Below, in pieces: positions 11,422-23,820 of a stretch of DNA of 64,000 nucleotides; within the stretch, counting starts at the first letter, position 1, and every line of letters starts with the position of its first letter. Source of the stretch: Alloascoidea hylecoeti (taxonomy: Eukaryota); contig BCKZ01000004.1 of NCBI GenBank assembly GCA_001600815.1, forward strand, positions 434,001 to 498,000, written 5' to 3'. The notes beneath the pieces are model-generated. The model had not been told where the DNA came from. It made no database searches and saw only the letters and a list, made by a program, of their open reading frames with translations. Position numbers and translations under genes: made by a program.

Positions 11422-13332
11422 ATGTCCTCATATGCACATTTTGAAAATGGCGGAATGCTCAACAACCGCTACTCAAAGATCGCCGACATTTCCCATGGCT
11501 CTTATGGTATCGTAACCCTAGCCCATGACTGTCTCGATGATGCAAAAGTCGCCGTAAAAGCTCTCCCCAAAACTGACCCTGTTCGTGATGAGCAGGCCCG
11601 GCAAGAAGTCGCTATCTTGTCGAAATTAGGCAACCATCCCGCCGTAACTGCTTTAATTGATCATTTCGAAACCCAAGATCATATCTATATGGTCATGGAG
11701 TACTGTCCTTATGGCGATTTATATGATACTTTAAGAGCCGGCTTAGGTCCTTCCACTTGTGATGAAGTTGTTGATGTTATGACTCAATTAATTGATGTGG
11801 TTGCTTATGCTCATTCGAAAGGTGTTTATCATAGAGATATTAAACCCGAAAATATCTTAATTGCTGATAACGGAAATATAAAATTAGCTGATTGGGGCTT
11901 AGCAACTACAGTTAGAAATAATGATGAATTTGAAGTTGGCACTGAAAAGTATATGGCTCCTGAATTGTTTAATGATGATGAATCAACAAATATTATGACT
12001 TCTTCTGATTTAAATTCTTATGATGCTTCAAAAACTGATATATGGTCTTTAGGTATTGTTTTTTTAATGATTGTTTTTGGTAAATGTCCTTTTACAATTG
12101 CAAATTTATCTGATAAAGTATTTTGGGAATTTGCTTCATCAACTGATGTTTTATATGATATTTATCCAACAATGACTGAAGATACTTTTGAAGTATTAAG
12201 ATGTGCTCTATGTGTTGAAGCTGAATATAGGAGTCTATCTAAAATGAAAACAAAATTAAATGATTTAATTGATTTAACAATTGATGATATTTTATATGGT
12301 GATGAGGAAGAATATTTATCAAATGATCATATTAATCATGATGATGATAATGAAAAGAGTAATAAAAAAGAAGAAATTGGTGGTGATATTTTTGTTATGG
12401 ATAATCATGATTTATCTTCAACTTCATCACAAAAATCAGAAGTTTCTTCATCATCTTCAACTTCTTACGGTTATGAACCAAATTATATTCCTGGACAAGC
12501 ATTTTCTGTTGCTTCTGTTTCTTCAGTTCCTTCGTTAATCTCTGGTAATGGTAAAAATGATAATATTAAACCAATTGTTCGTCAAATGGTTTTACCAACT
12601 GATCATTTATCAACTTTAAGGACTCCAAAACAACCAAAACAACAACAACAAAATTTAAATTTATCACAATCTTATTATCAACCGCCAATGTCTGCCCCAC
12701 AAGCAATTGTTAATAATAATAGAAGTCAACAATCTTCATCAATTCCAGCAGCAAATAAAGTTTCTTCTTCAATACCATCTCATTTTTACGGTTCAAGTTT
12801 TAAATTAGGAAAATCTTGGGATGAATATGATGATGATGATGATGATGATGATTTTGAAGAAGATATTTTTTCTTCTTTTAAAATGAAGAAGAATTTAAAT
12901 TCAAATTTTTTAAGTATTAATACAAGTACAGAAAATACAAAAAATATTAAAAGTATAAATATGAATACAAATAACAATAACAATAACAACAATAACAGTA
13001 ACAGTAACAATAATAATAACAATATCAATAACAATAATAATAATAATAAAAATGATTATACATTTAATTCATATAATCAAATTTTTAATAAAAAATCGAT
13101 TTCAATTGATCAGGATCAAGAATTAATTTCAAAATTATCAAATTTAGATTTAACAAAAACTGTTACTTCAACAAATAATTCAACAGTTACAAATTTACCA
13201 AAATTAAATTATGATATTAATAGTAATATTGGTAATAATCATGATAGAAGTTATTTAGGTAAACATTTAACTGATTCTTCTGTTAAAGTACAAGAAATTG
13301 ATTCTAATTATGAATGGCTTTCTTATTATTAA
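11422..13332 (+). CDS. Ser/Thr protein kinase, Ksp1-like
   Basis: GSYG loop, VAVK, HRDIKPEN, DWG, YMAPE; N-terminus GGMLNNRYSKIADIS and PFTIANLSDK resemble Ksp1; low-complexity Asn/Asp tail. Confidence 0.85.
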   Translation: MSSYAHFENGGMLNNRYSKIADISHGSYGIVTLAHDCLDDAKVAVKALPKTDPVRDEQARQEVAILSKLGNHPAVTALIDHFETQDHIYMVMEYCPYGDLYDTLRAGLGPSTCDEVVDVMTQLIDVVAYAHSKGVYHRDIKPENILIADNGNIKLADWGLATTVRNNDEFEVGTEKYMAPELFNDDESTNIMTSSDLNSYDASKTDIWSLGIVFLMIVFGKCPFTIANLSDKVFWEFASSTDVLYDIYPTMTEDTFEVLRCALCVEAEYRSLSKMKTKLNDLIDLTIDDILYGDEEEYLSNDHINHDDDNEKSNKKEEIGGDIFVMDNHDLSSTSSQKSEVSSSSSTSYGYEPNYIPGQAFSVASVSSVPSLISGNGKNDNIKPIVRQMVLPTDHLSTLRTPKQPKQQQQNLNLSQSYYQPPMSAPQAIVNNNRSQQSSSIPAANKVSSSIPSHFYGSSFKLGKSWDEYDDDDDDDDFEEDIFSSFKMKKNLNSNFLSINTSTENTKNIKSINMNTNNNNNNNNNSNSNNNNNNINNNNNNNKNDYTFNSYNQIFNKKSISIDQDQELISKLSNLDLTKTVTSTNNSTVTNLPKLNYDINSNIGNNHDRSYLGKHLTDSSVKVQEIDSNYEWLSYY

Positions 13333-16300
13333 TAATTACTCAATTATATTTACACACACTTATACATCTCTTTGTTTTTGTCTTTGTTTTTGGTTTGCAT
13401 TAGGTTTAAAGGATTATATCTTACTGGTTTTGAATGATATCTAAAGCTTATTTATTAATGATTGTTGGAATTTTTAAGTTTTGTTGGGGAAGTTTTAAAG
13501 AAACTTAAAAATAACAGCACATAACCTTAAACTGGATAAAATCAAAACATGATGTGTATCAATGTTTCAGATTTTTTTTTTTTTTAATTTTTAATTATTT
13601 TTTGGAAGGCTCCTAAAAAAAAGCCTTACAATTTATAATATTCAATTTTTCCTTCGTTTTAAAATTTTAGTAAGTATCAGATTATGATATTATATTATAT
13701 GAGATTATAATTATACACACAAGAAGAAAACAAAAAAAACATTATAGAAAAACAAAACACTTTATTTGAATTGAATTTTTTTTTATATTATTGCATGTTG
13801 TTTATTATTTGCTACTACTACTACTATGGTTATGATTAATGATCTATTAAATTATTTTTTTTCTACTCAGTTTGATTTCAACTTTGATTTAACTTGAATT
13901 TGATTTAGTTTGATTTTCTTTATTTTTGGGTGTTTTTTACAACTTTTATTTATTATATTGGTTTCCTTTTTTTTTTTATTTTTGTTAATTTTGAATACTA
14001 CCACTATTACTATCATAAAAAAATTTAAATAAATGAGAAATCAACTTTTTTTGAGTTTTTTGCTTGTTTATTTATACGACTCTAATTTTTAATGCAATAC
14101 TATTTTTTTTTTATATATATATTTTTTTTTTACAGGTTTTTGAGTATCATTTGATTTTCACATTATTTATTACTATTAATACTCCATGTATGTTTCTTTT
14201 TTTTTTTATGTTTATATATTTATTGTTAAATTTATTAATACACTCACATACAAATGAACAAACTGAAGAAGAAGAAGATTAAGGCAACAACAACAACAAC
14301 AAGAAAGAAAAACTGCAAGACAACAATAACAATCAGAGAACAGCAAGATAAAAAAAAAAAGAAAGAAAAAACCAAAAAGTTCTATAAATTATTTTTATTT
14401 TTATTTTTATTTGTTTTAATATAAATTTTTTTTTTTTAACATATACAATATTTCCTTTTTTTTTTTGCATGTTTTATTTTCAGTCTTGACTTATAAAATT
14501 ATGATTTTGATATGAGCATACCCCACACTTTATAAATATGTATTGCTGTTTTCAACGTTATAAAATGATAATAGAAAAAACATCCAAGATCGATATCCAA
14601 AGTTCAAAATAGATTCAAGGTTATGAAAATAATGATGGGATTGATTTACTTTTATATTTCAATTTTTTTTTTTTCTCATCTAGAAAATATATCATCATAT
14701 CTCACTGGTTTTAAATTGAAACAAACTATTATTACATCATCATGATGCGATTTCAAGATGAAAGGTGAAATCGTTGGGATTAATGGTTCTTTCACGTTTT
14801 TAAAAAAATGGTGTAATCGTTTGATGATATTAACAACAATCACGCCAATGTTAACTTGTTTATTATGATTGGTAAAAAATGGATTGAATAAGATTATTAT
14901 TCACTATCCTATCCTTTTTTTTTTTTTTGTTTTGTTTAAAACTGTCTTGCTGGAATGATTGTTAATGTTATGTTGCTGGTTAACCAGTTGTAAATGTATG
15001 TGTGTTTATTATTATTCCTGTCCCTCTTTTTTTTTTACTTTTTTTATTTTTTTAATTTTTTTTTTTTGTTAGTTCCATATATTATAATGATTAATTAATA
15101 TATATTATTATATTTTTAAATCGTGTGTGAGTTTCATGATCTAACTTTCCTTTTTGGCCAGTCAATTCAATTCAACTCAATTATAAAATGTAACGTTAAT
15201 ATTATCAAACGAGATAAAATGATTATATTAAATTGACATCCTTTATCGGGATAACGTTTACAAATTGAACGCTATAACTAAATATAGTTTCGTAAAAATC
15301 AAGGGGCTCCATGTCTTCATTAACATTCACTCCTTAATTAAGTTTAGTTTATAATTAGCCAGCAGTGCCCAATAATATAAATAGCATAAGCTGTTCAAAT
15401 AAATTGTTAAACGTGTATAACATAACTGTGGAGATAGAAATAGTATCTAGGGGCTTTAAATTAAATCTCTTCGTAACTGCATTCAAGTCGTCTGATATCT
15501 CCTAATATATATTAATTTAATCTCAATTTCAATTGGTTTTATACTAATTAATATGAATCTGTATCATGAAACTTGTTATAAGTTTAAATGTAATGTTTAT
15601 TTATTTATATCTAATAAAAATAGAATAATTATTTCCAAAAGTAGGTCTTCTTTATCAAAATTAGGCCATTTTTAGATCCGTAACTGATATCACTTCATTT
15701 AAAAACTAATTAATAGAATTAACTTATATAATTGGTATTTACATGGTTATAATTAAATCATTTCTGTTTTCTCTCTTGATTGATTCAATTTGATTGATTG
15801 ATTGATAAGCTTTTTATTCTATTCTTATAAATTAAAAAGGCGAATTTCTCTTAAATTAATCAATCTAATGACGTCGTTTAATGTAGTCATATTCATTTAA
15901 CCGTTTATGTTGCAGGGTAAATACAATTTGCAATTGATAGGTTTTATTAACTTGGATGTATATTTGATATCGATATCTATCCTTAAGAATATAAACATGG
16001 AACCAGTCTGTGCATAATTAATCGAGTATAATAATATCATGGAGAAAGAAGACAAATCATAAATTAAAGAGAATGTTGAATATACATTTAATTAGCTTAA
16101 TTTAGTTGTTGAGCTATCATTGGGTTCAACAGACCTTCCCAACTTTTAATCCATTTTAATATCATCATTTATCCATGTATTGTTCATGACATATAATTGT
16201 TGAGGAATCATGATGTTTAAGTCAGTCGGAATCCGGAGAGATTATTGAAGCCGTAATTTTATACCTTATAGGTATATCTTACGAAAATATATAATTAAAT

Positions 16301-16545
16301 ACCGTTATATGATTTTAAGCTCATACACCGGCCCAATCATATATGGAAATACGTATTAATCTATTAATTGGAATATTTATTCTATAAAAATTTGATTCCT
16401 GAGGATCCGGAATATATAATTGTCGGGGCTATGACAATATTAAATATTAACACCTATTAATCATGGAATCATAATTTATATAATATTATAGAGATTTAAA
16501 GACAAATTAAAATCAAAGAAGAATTTTGTTGAATTTTGTTGAATT

Positions 16546-16697
16546 TTGTCTCTACTTTGTGATCGGTATTTAGTATTTACTTGTACCGGCCATGGTAATA
16601 TACCCCCGTACATATATTGGGGTTAAGCGTTTAAGCTTGAAACTGGGATTCCATAAAGATTTGCTATAGAATTATATTTGAAAGAATAATCCACATT
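16546..16697. repeat. Degenerate direct repeat, left copy
   Basis: TACCGGCCATGGTAATATAC..CCGTACAT and CTGGGATTCCATAA..TTGCTATAGAATT align with 18662-18812. Confidence 0.7.
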
Positions 16698-16707
16698 AGG
16701 CCGCCCA

Positions 16708-18066
16708 TTAGACAAAATCTTGTAGTCCGAGGGCTCTCGGGATACCCAATTGCAATTCCGAGGAGTCAAACTCTTCAGACGATTCATTTTGGAAATGTGA
16801 TACTAGTTTATTTGCTGTTTCTTTGTCGATATTATGGTTAACCCGCAGATGTCTATATAATCGATCAGTCGCACCTCCTGCCGAATCTAGTTTATCGAGG
16901 ACAAAAGTACAGTCTTCAATTCGGCAATAACATTCTCTCTTTGCCTTATCATAATTGTAAAAAAACCAGCAAGAACTTGATAGTTTAGCGGTGCTCATAG
17001 TAGAGTCCTTAGGCCTTAATGTTGGTATGATTATATTGCCCAATGTATGTTTTTCTGCTGATGTTTCTTCTGACTTGTATTGTTTATTCTTATTCTTCAC
17101 ATTATTAGAAGGGGATGATGACAATAGAAACCGAGTAAGCTCCTTGAACTCTTTAGTATCAGCGAGATTCAGGGAACACTTACATTTAGAAATCATACTC
17201 ATAACAAGTCTATAAATCTTTTGCTGAGGAGTAATAGAAGGTGTCGGTACCTTAACTCTCTTGGAAGAATCAACTATAGTTAGTTGATTTCCAGATCTGA
17301 ATCTAGATACCAATTCACCTGCTACTACTCTGTCGATATCATGTTTAGATTGTAGATGTCTATATAATCGACCAGTTGCACCTCCTGCTGTATCTATTTT
17401 ACTGATTACAGATGTACAGTCTTCAATACGACAATGACATTCTCTCGATTCCTTATCATGGTTGAAAAAAAACCAACAAGAACTTGATAAATGATCGATG
17501 TTCATAGTAGTGTACCTAGGCCTTAGTGTTGGCATGACCGTATTGTCCAATGCACGTTTTTCTCCCGACTTAGTCTTAACTTTATCCAAAGGGGATGACA
17601 ATAGATACCGAATAAGCTCCTTAAACTCTTTAGTAGCAATGAGATTCGAAGAACAGTTACATTTACCAATCATATTCATAACAATTTCATAAATCTTTTG
17701 CTGAGGAGGAATAGATCTAGAAGTTACCTTAGCCCTCTTGAAAGAATCAAAGTCGGTTGATTGAGTTCCAGACGTTGATTCATCTTGAAAATGTGCTACC
17801 AGTTCATCTGCTGCTACTCTGTCGATACTATGTTTAGATCGTAGATGTCTATATAATCGACCAGTTGCACCTCCTGATGTAACTATATTACCGATGACAA
17901 TTGAACAACCTTCAATTCTGCAATGACATTCTCTCTTTTCTTTATCATGATCGAAAAAAAACCAACAAGCACTTGATAGACTAGTGGGGTTCGGAGTAGG
18001 GTCCCTAGGCCTTAGGGTTGGTATGGTTATACCGATCAATGTATGTTTTTCTCCCGAGCTATTCAT
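16708..18066 (-). CDS. Triple BED zinc-finger protein derived from a hAT transposase N-terminus
   Basis: Three internal repeats (spacings 489 and 507 bp), each CWFF..C-x4-C..GGATxRLYRHLxxxH; repeats 1 and 2 are followed by a helical NLxxTKEFKEL segment; no DDE domain. Confidence 0.7.
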   Translation of the reverse strand: MNSSGEKHTLIGITIPTLRPRDPTPNPTSLSSACWFFFDHDKEKRECHCRIEGCSIVIGNIVTSGGATGRLYRHLRSKHSIDRVAADELVAHFQDESTSGTQSTDFDSFKRAKVTSRSIPPQQKIYEIVMNMIGKCNCSSNLIATKEFKELIRYLLSSPLDKVKTKSGEKRALDNTVMPTLRPRYTTMNIDHLSSSCWFFFNHDKESRECHCRIEDCTSVISKIDTAGGATGRLYRHLQSKHDIDRVVAGELVSRFRSGNQLTIVDSSKRVKVPTPSITPQQKIYRLVMSMISKCKCSLNLADTKEFKELTRFLLSSSPSNNVKNKNKQYKSEETSAEKHTLGNIIIPTLRPKDSTMSTAKLSSSCWFFYNYDKAKRECYCRIEDCTFVLDKLDSAGGATDRLYRHLRVNHNIDKETANKLVSHFQNESSEEFDSSELQLGIPRALGLQDFV

Positions 18067-18360
18067 TATTTAGCTCAAATAAAAAAAATATAAATAGTTA
18101 TTCAAACTCAAGAAATTCTAGTAAATGAGATAGAAATTTTATTAAGAAACAGTAAATAAGCAAGACCAAAAGAAGTGTATTTGGTATTTGACTTTTTTTC
18201 TGTTGCTATTATGGTACTAAAGTGGGCAAAAATTTTAGGATAGAGGGTACTCGAGCACCCGAATTTTGGGCGTCGAGCACGCTCGGCCCGGTCTGTGATA
18301 ATTGTGTGTACTCGTCTTTAGCCCGGCTTACAATTTTTCTGGATTAAAAATAGGCAGCTC

Positions 18361-18599
18361 ATAGCCGAATACTCGACCCAGATTTTGGAATTTTGGCTAG
18401 CATCAGAGCAAAGACTAACGATTTCTAAATGGCGAACATCGAGGTGATTGTGGAGCGAGAATTGAATTTTTTTGGCCGGGTTGTGCATGAAGGAGATCGC
18501 CAAAACTCACCTCGATGTTCGCCATTTAGAAAAATATATCGTCAGTCCTTGCTCCGATGCTAGCCAAAATTCCAAAATCTGGGTCGAGTGTTAGGCGAT
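18361..18599. repeat. Long inverted repeat (about 90-100-bp arms, about 46-bp spacer)
   Basis: Perfect 34-bp block 18371-18404 vs 18556-18589 and perfect 26-bp block 18422-18447 vs 18507-18532. Confidence 0.95.
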
Positions 18600-18661
18600 A
18601 CGTCCCCTAGTGCTGACCTAGGACTCATGGAGACATAATATAAGTTTGAAGATTGTCTCTA

Positions 18662-18812
18662 GCTCTATTTGTGAGCATGATTTGTGGATTCACTACTACC
18701 GGTCATGGCAGTATACCCGTACATGTACGTCATCTTGTTGCCTTGTTGGGCCTAAGCTGGGATTTCATAAGCACTTGCTATGGAATTCTATAGAATAATT
18801 AATGCTGCACAT
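18662..18812. repeat. Degenerate direct repeat, right copy
   Basis: TACCGGTCATGGCAGTATACCCGTACAT and CTGGGATTTCATAA..TTGCTATGGAATT align with 16546-16697. Confidence 0.7.
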
Positions 18813-18969
18813 AAGTAAAAACCGGAAATTTATTTAACATTGGAAGTTAATGGAAACCTGGGGTAATTACTAGGAGATACAATACTGTATCGGGTTATCT
18901 TTATTCAATTTCAATATTCATTCATACAACTAAAAATAATATATTTATAAAATCATTTATTTAAATAAG

Positions 18970-20209
18970 TTAAGCAAAATCTTCCAATTGCAAGACAATT
19001 TTTCCATGAGCTCTTCTCGATACTAATCTTTTAAAAGCTCTATTAATATCAGACCATTGGTATTCAGAATCAATAATGATCTTAAGCTTTCCTTCTTCTA
19101 ATAATTTTGCACCAACTTCTAGCCATTTCCCATAAGTAACATTATGAACAATATATCTTATTCCCCAAAAAGGACCAAACCATTGACGCCCAAGCATACT
19201 AAGACTCAATCGTGATGGAACCGCTTCAGGTGAATCTTTACTATCTCCTACTATTGTAACATATGCTGAACCTTTATCACTTAGTTCTAAAATATCATCA
19301 CAAATTTCAAAAAGAGATCTACCACCAACACAATCAAGAATCATATCAAACTTCTTCTTCTCATGTTTAACGTATTCTTTTAATTGATCATTTAAATTGG
19401 TTGTATTAAGACGATAATCAATACATGTATCAGCACCCAAAAATTCACATAATTCTTCTGAATCACTAGAACATGTAACAACAACATTACTAAATCCAAA
19501 TTGTTGTTTAGCTAATTGTATAGCCATTATTCCAACTGAAGTCGCACCACCGACGATTAAAAGACTTGAATATTCTAGACTACCTGTATCGACATATTTC
19601 AAGGATTGGTATGCTGTACCGAATGTCATTGGCCATGCCGCCGCTTGTTCTGGTGTAATTAGCGATGGTACTTTTACTATATATTCAACAGATGGATTCA
19701 CGACAATATTTGTGGATAGTGTACCCTCACCCATCTATTATTTTGTTGATATCGATATTATTAGTAAAAAGAAATGTTGAATATATAATATTTATTATAC
19801 TTACCTTTAAATACATTCCGCAAACCAAATCACCAACTTGCCAAACTTTTTTGAGATTATCACCAACCTCCATTATTTCACCACAATAATCTTTTCCTAT
19901 TCCTTTTGAACCAGGGTATGACCACTGTGAATTTTTCAATTTATAATCCAATGGATTTAATGCTGCATATTTAACACTAATTACAACAGAATCCGGATCA
20001 ACTGGTAATGGAGTTCGACCATATGTAAATTGTAACAGTGAATCAGGACCAGATACTTCATAAGTAATAGCCTTTTTAGGAATGTACTGAATAGGGCGAA
20101 GGGGGCGGGGTACTCGTTGAAGATAGTTTGATGATTCGGCCTCGGTAGATATCACAGGTTGATATGAGCCCAATTGATGTGGACTATTATGCTTAAGAGT
20201 AGTAGTCAT
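18970..20209 (-). CDS. MDR-family quinone-oxidoreductase-like protein (YIM1/AST family), 2 exons
   Basis: Exons 20209-19805 and 19734-18970; 70-bp intron GTAAGT..TACTAAT..TAG joins them in frame (389 aa). Motifs AALNPLDYK, GKDYCG, GGATSVG, DCVGG, RAHGKIV. Confidence 0.88.
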
Positions 20210-22085
20210 TTCTTTTTGTTAATAAAATCTATGTAATATACTCTGTAATTTATTTGTACCCTTTAAGAGAAAACCTTAAGAATCTTGCAATCGAGATTAT
20301 TCGATATATATATATATATATATAAATCTCAAATCTGAATAGTATCATGGTCAGAATATGATTGATTATATGCATCCATGAATTTGTATTCGCATCAATC
20401 GACCCTTAATTTTATATTATAAGGTAGAATTTCAAATTTCTTAGATTTAGAACATATATGTTTAGATGTAACAAAAGCTTTGATGCACTTAGATCTAAAG
20501 TTATATATGCATATATGCATATTCATTTTAATTTAAATTCGTAAACCTGCAGCATATATAAAATTTAAAACGACCTTGATTAAGAAGCTTATCATTATGG
20601 ACCTTTTGTTCAAAAAGATTGCAAGATTCATAGTATAAGGCTTTAATACACAATTAACATCTAAATGACAATTCTTGATCATGAAATAACAAATCGGATA
20701 TTACATTTTGCATACTTCGCAGAAAAGCTTGGAAGTGGATAGTATTAACAAAATAGATCAGCTAGTAGAACAAACGCAATCGGTGCATTACTCTCAGTTA
20801 AATTCAATAAATACTTTGTCTATTGTTAACTGATACAAGCTTGCACATAGTATAGTGACAGATAACAAATAGAAGCGTTATTAATACTAAATAAAGCAGC
20901 TATAGCTTTACTGAAGAATTAATATTAAAAGAAAAAACATCATAAAAATAATTGTCAAAGTATACGCTGTATCTATAGTTAGTCAAATGAATTGCTCTGC
21001 GAAGTATTTGTACAACAAGTAAATTTAAAATAATTCTGGATCTTGGTGAAATTAAATTTCGAAATGAATACCACATCTTGATTCACATCTACAATATAAA
21101 GGACAACAAGAGCACAGAAATACTTTTACAATAGGTCTTATTGTAGATTTTGAATATTGCTATACTGCATTATACATGTATTTCTTTTCATTTTTGAATA
21201 ACTAATAAATTTAATCAGAATATAAGCTTATAGTTTAAAAGTGGCTCTCTTTAAAATTCACTTTTTCTGTGAGTATTTCATGTTCATATGCCATATACAT
21301 TGTAAATTCGATCTAATTGTCTTTTAAAATTGGTTTATCTTTTTTGTAACTTATGACCAGTTTGATCTATATTAATAATTAAAGCAATTGTGTTATAAAA
21401 TAAAACCAATTAGTTTTGTGTTCACCACGATCAATATGATATTTACCTCGTCTATATACAGGCAATGGGCATATGTGCCTATATAATTACTGCAGCACTT
21501 CTATTATATATGAGAATTGCTATGGATATCCACAGATTTGACTATCGGCGCTACTTCATATAGCTTATATGCCAGAGCCACGCAAAGCACTCAATCCACT
21601 GTAAAACTTGAATATTCCATCCTCTAAGGTTAATGCATTTGTGAAGGTATTTCCAAGATTATGCTACTCTTAACATTAATGAAATCGTGGAAAATTGAAA
21701 ATGGTGGATTATGCGCTCTTATCGTCGTGTATTCTACCTGCTGGACGACACCAAGGACTTCTAAAATCTATAAAATAAATAGCCAGATTCTCCTGTCTCA
21801 TTAATTATTAAGATATAGGCCTGTATACATGTATACAGTACATATATGCATACATTTTATGTAGAGAATAATGTTTTTAGATTTTAAACAATGTTTTAGT
21901 TCTTGTGGCTTGAACGGTTGTTAGTCAACTAACCCTATAGCAAACTCAACTATTATCCAAATCAACTACTCCTCAATACCAATATTGTGAGAAAACATAA
22001 ATTTATATTAAGACTATATGAACTCTAGCTATCTTTATTAAATACTTGGGAGAAAATGCCTCGTCAAAGCTTTGAATGAATGGTA

Positions 22086-22212
22086 TTGCTACCGGTTTTA
22101 CTTAATTAATATTATATTTCAATGTCCACTGAACGAGATCAAAACTAGTTGAAAACGGCAAAACAAACATCGAAAAAAAGGAATATTAACCAAGTATTAA
22201 AACCGGTAGCAA
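22086..22212. mobile_element. Small inverted-repeat element, MITE-like
   Basis: TTGCTACCGGTTTTA (22086-22100) is perfectly inverted at 22198-22212, with an imperfect inward extension ending TTAATATT/AATATTAA. Confidence 0.4.
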
Positions 22213-23058
22213 CGTTAGAATGAAAAAAAGTTTTAACTCAACTTCCAGTCACCTACTGTTCACAGAAAACTTTTCCTATAGTTAAGAATGTTAGCACTTA
22301 TTTATAAATGGGAAACTTGTCACAATCAAGTTGTTGCATCATAAATGATCTATATTCTGAATCAGGAAAGCAAATTATTATCCGCAGAATCCAAAGGATT
22401 ATTTGGAACAGGTCTGTGAAAATGTTTTTCATCATAAAAAAAATATAGGCATTTATAAATGAACTATTAACGGGTGTAGGTTTTACTTACTCAAACTCAT
22501 ATAAAAATAAAGAGTTTCTCTTTTCTTCGTCACTTTGAAGTAATATTGATATCTAAAAGAAGAACAAATCGTTTAAAAAATTTGAGTGGAAAAATATAGT
22601 GGAGCGAATATTTCAGAATGTGTAAATATTATACCAATTAGGGTTATGCAGGCGATTCACTTAATTTCGCCCACATGGTAGATTAAGTATTCAGCCATTT
22701 CAGGGCTCTTTTTGGCTGCATTTAGCGCCCACAATTTTTCGTATCCAGGCCTACTTAATAAATCACACTGGTAAGAGAGGCCGATAACTAGTATTCATAA
22801 CTTCCAAATACTTAGTGTAATAATAGACGAAATTAAGTGGAATAATGGTACAGCAAGTGATCTGCCCTGTCATTTCTGAATAGCATACATTTTACAAAAC
22901 ATAAAATCTTGATTAAATAAAGGAGCAATATTTAAGGAAATAGTGCTTTCTCCTTAACTCGTCTAAGTATCGCTAGATACAATTCACTTATAACAATCAC
23001 CAAAAACCATAAATATAAATATATTAGAATGACTAACAATATATTGTAAATGATAGAT

Positions 23059-23820
23059 TTAGAATGGTAATGATTCTCCATTGTAACTTAAAAATGATCC
23101 CGACTCCTTAATAGTAAGACCGCTTGTAACTTTCAAAATAGAAGAAACAGATTCATCGGTGCTTAAGACCTTGAACTTAATATTCGAGAATTCAGTTTCA
23201 TCACCTTCCTTAAGACCAAACTCTTTAAGAAATCCCTGGCTCATATCAGTCGCTACCAATCCCGGGTGAATCGAAGCAACAATGATACCATCACCCTTTA
23301 AATTTATAGATAATACCTTCACATAATAGTTAAGCGCTGTTTTTGATGCTCCATATGCTGCAATAGCATCAGTGGCGGTTGAACCAATAGATCCTGCAAT
23401 ACTAGAAATGAAGATTATTTTAGGTGATATCTTATTTGATAAAAACGGATGAAGTGCTTTAACAAGTAAAACTGGACCAATTGAATTGACTATAAATAAT
23501 CTGCTAAATTCAGAAGCCGGTGTCTTTAGGATTGGTCTAGGTTTCTCGCTAGAGATCCCAGCATTTGAGATTATAACATCAATTCCATCAGTAAGCTTAG
23601 AGACCTGAGCAGGTAAATTACCAATACTGTCCTCACTTGAAACATCAAGTTTGACGATTTTAGTATTAGGATGTTCCTTGGACCATTCTTGTAACTCTGT
23701 AGCTTGATCTGGATTTCTTGCGGAAGCAATCACTAAATTATTAGAATCTAGGGATAATTGTTTAACGAAGGAAAACCCAATTCCTCTATTTCCACCAGAG
23801 ATAAAATAAACTTTTGTCAT
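23059..23820 (-). CDS. Short-chain dehydrogenase/reductase (CsgA-like classical SDR)
   Basis: SGGNRGIG, SNAG, YGASK, HPGLVATDM; ATG at 23820. Confidence 0.93.
   Translation of the reverse strand: MTKVYFISGGNRGIGFSFVKQLSLDSNNLVIASARNPDQATELQEWSKEHPNTKIVKLDVSSEDSIGNLPAQVSKLTDGIDVIISNAGISSEKPRPILKTPASEFSRLFIVNSIGPVLLVKALHPFLSNKISPKIIFISSIAGSIGSTATDAIAAYGASKTALNYYVKVLSINLKGDGIIVASIHPGLVATDMSQGFLKEFGLKEGDETEFSNIKFKVLSTDESVSSILKVTSGLTIKESGSFLSYNGESLPF

Noticed and set aside
10782..11465. Short ORFs upstream of the kinase
   Set aside because: By-products of the GC-rich promoter island.
14064..14282. 72-aa hydrophobic ORF
   Set aside because: Poly-T low-complexity sequence with a TTG start.
16697..18620. 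TAGG...CCTA as hAT termini enclosing the BED cassette
   Set aside because: The inverted match is only 4-6 bp and there is no 8-bp TSD (ATCCACAT vs GGACTCAT).
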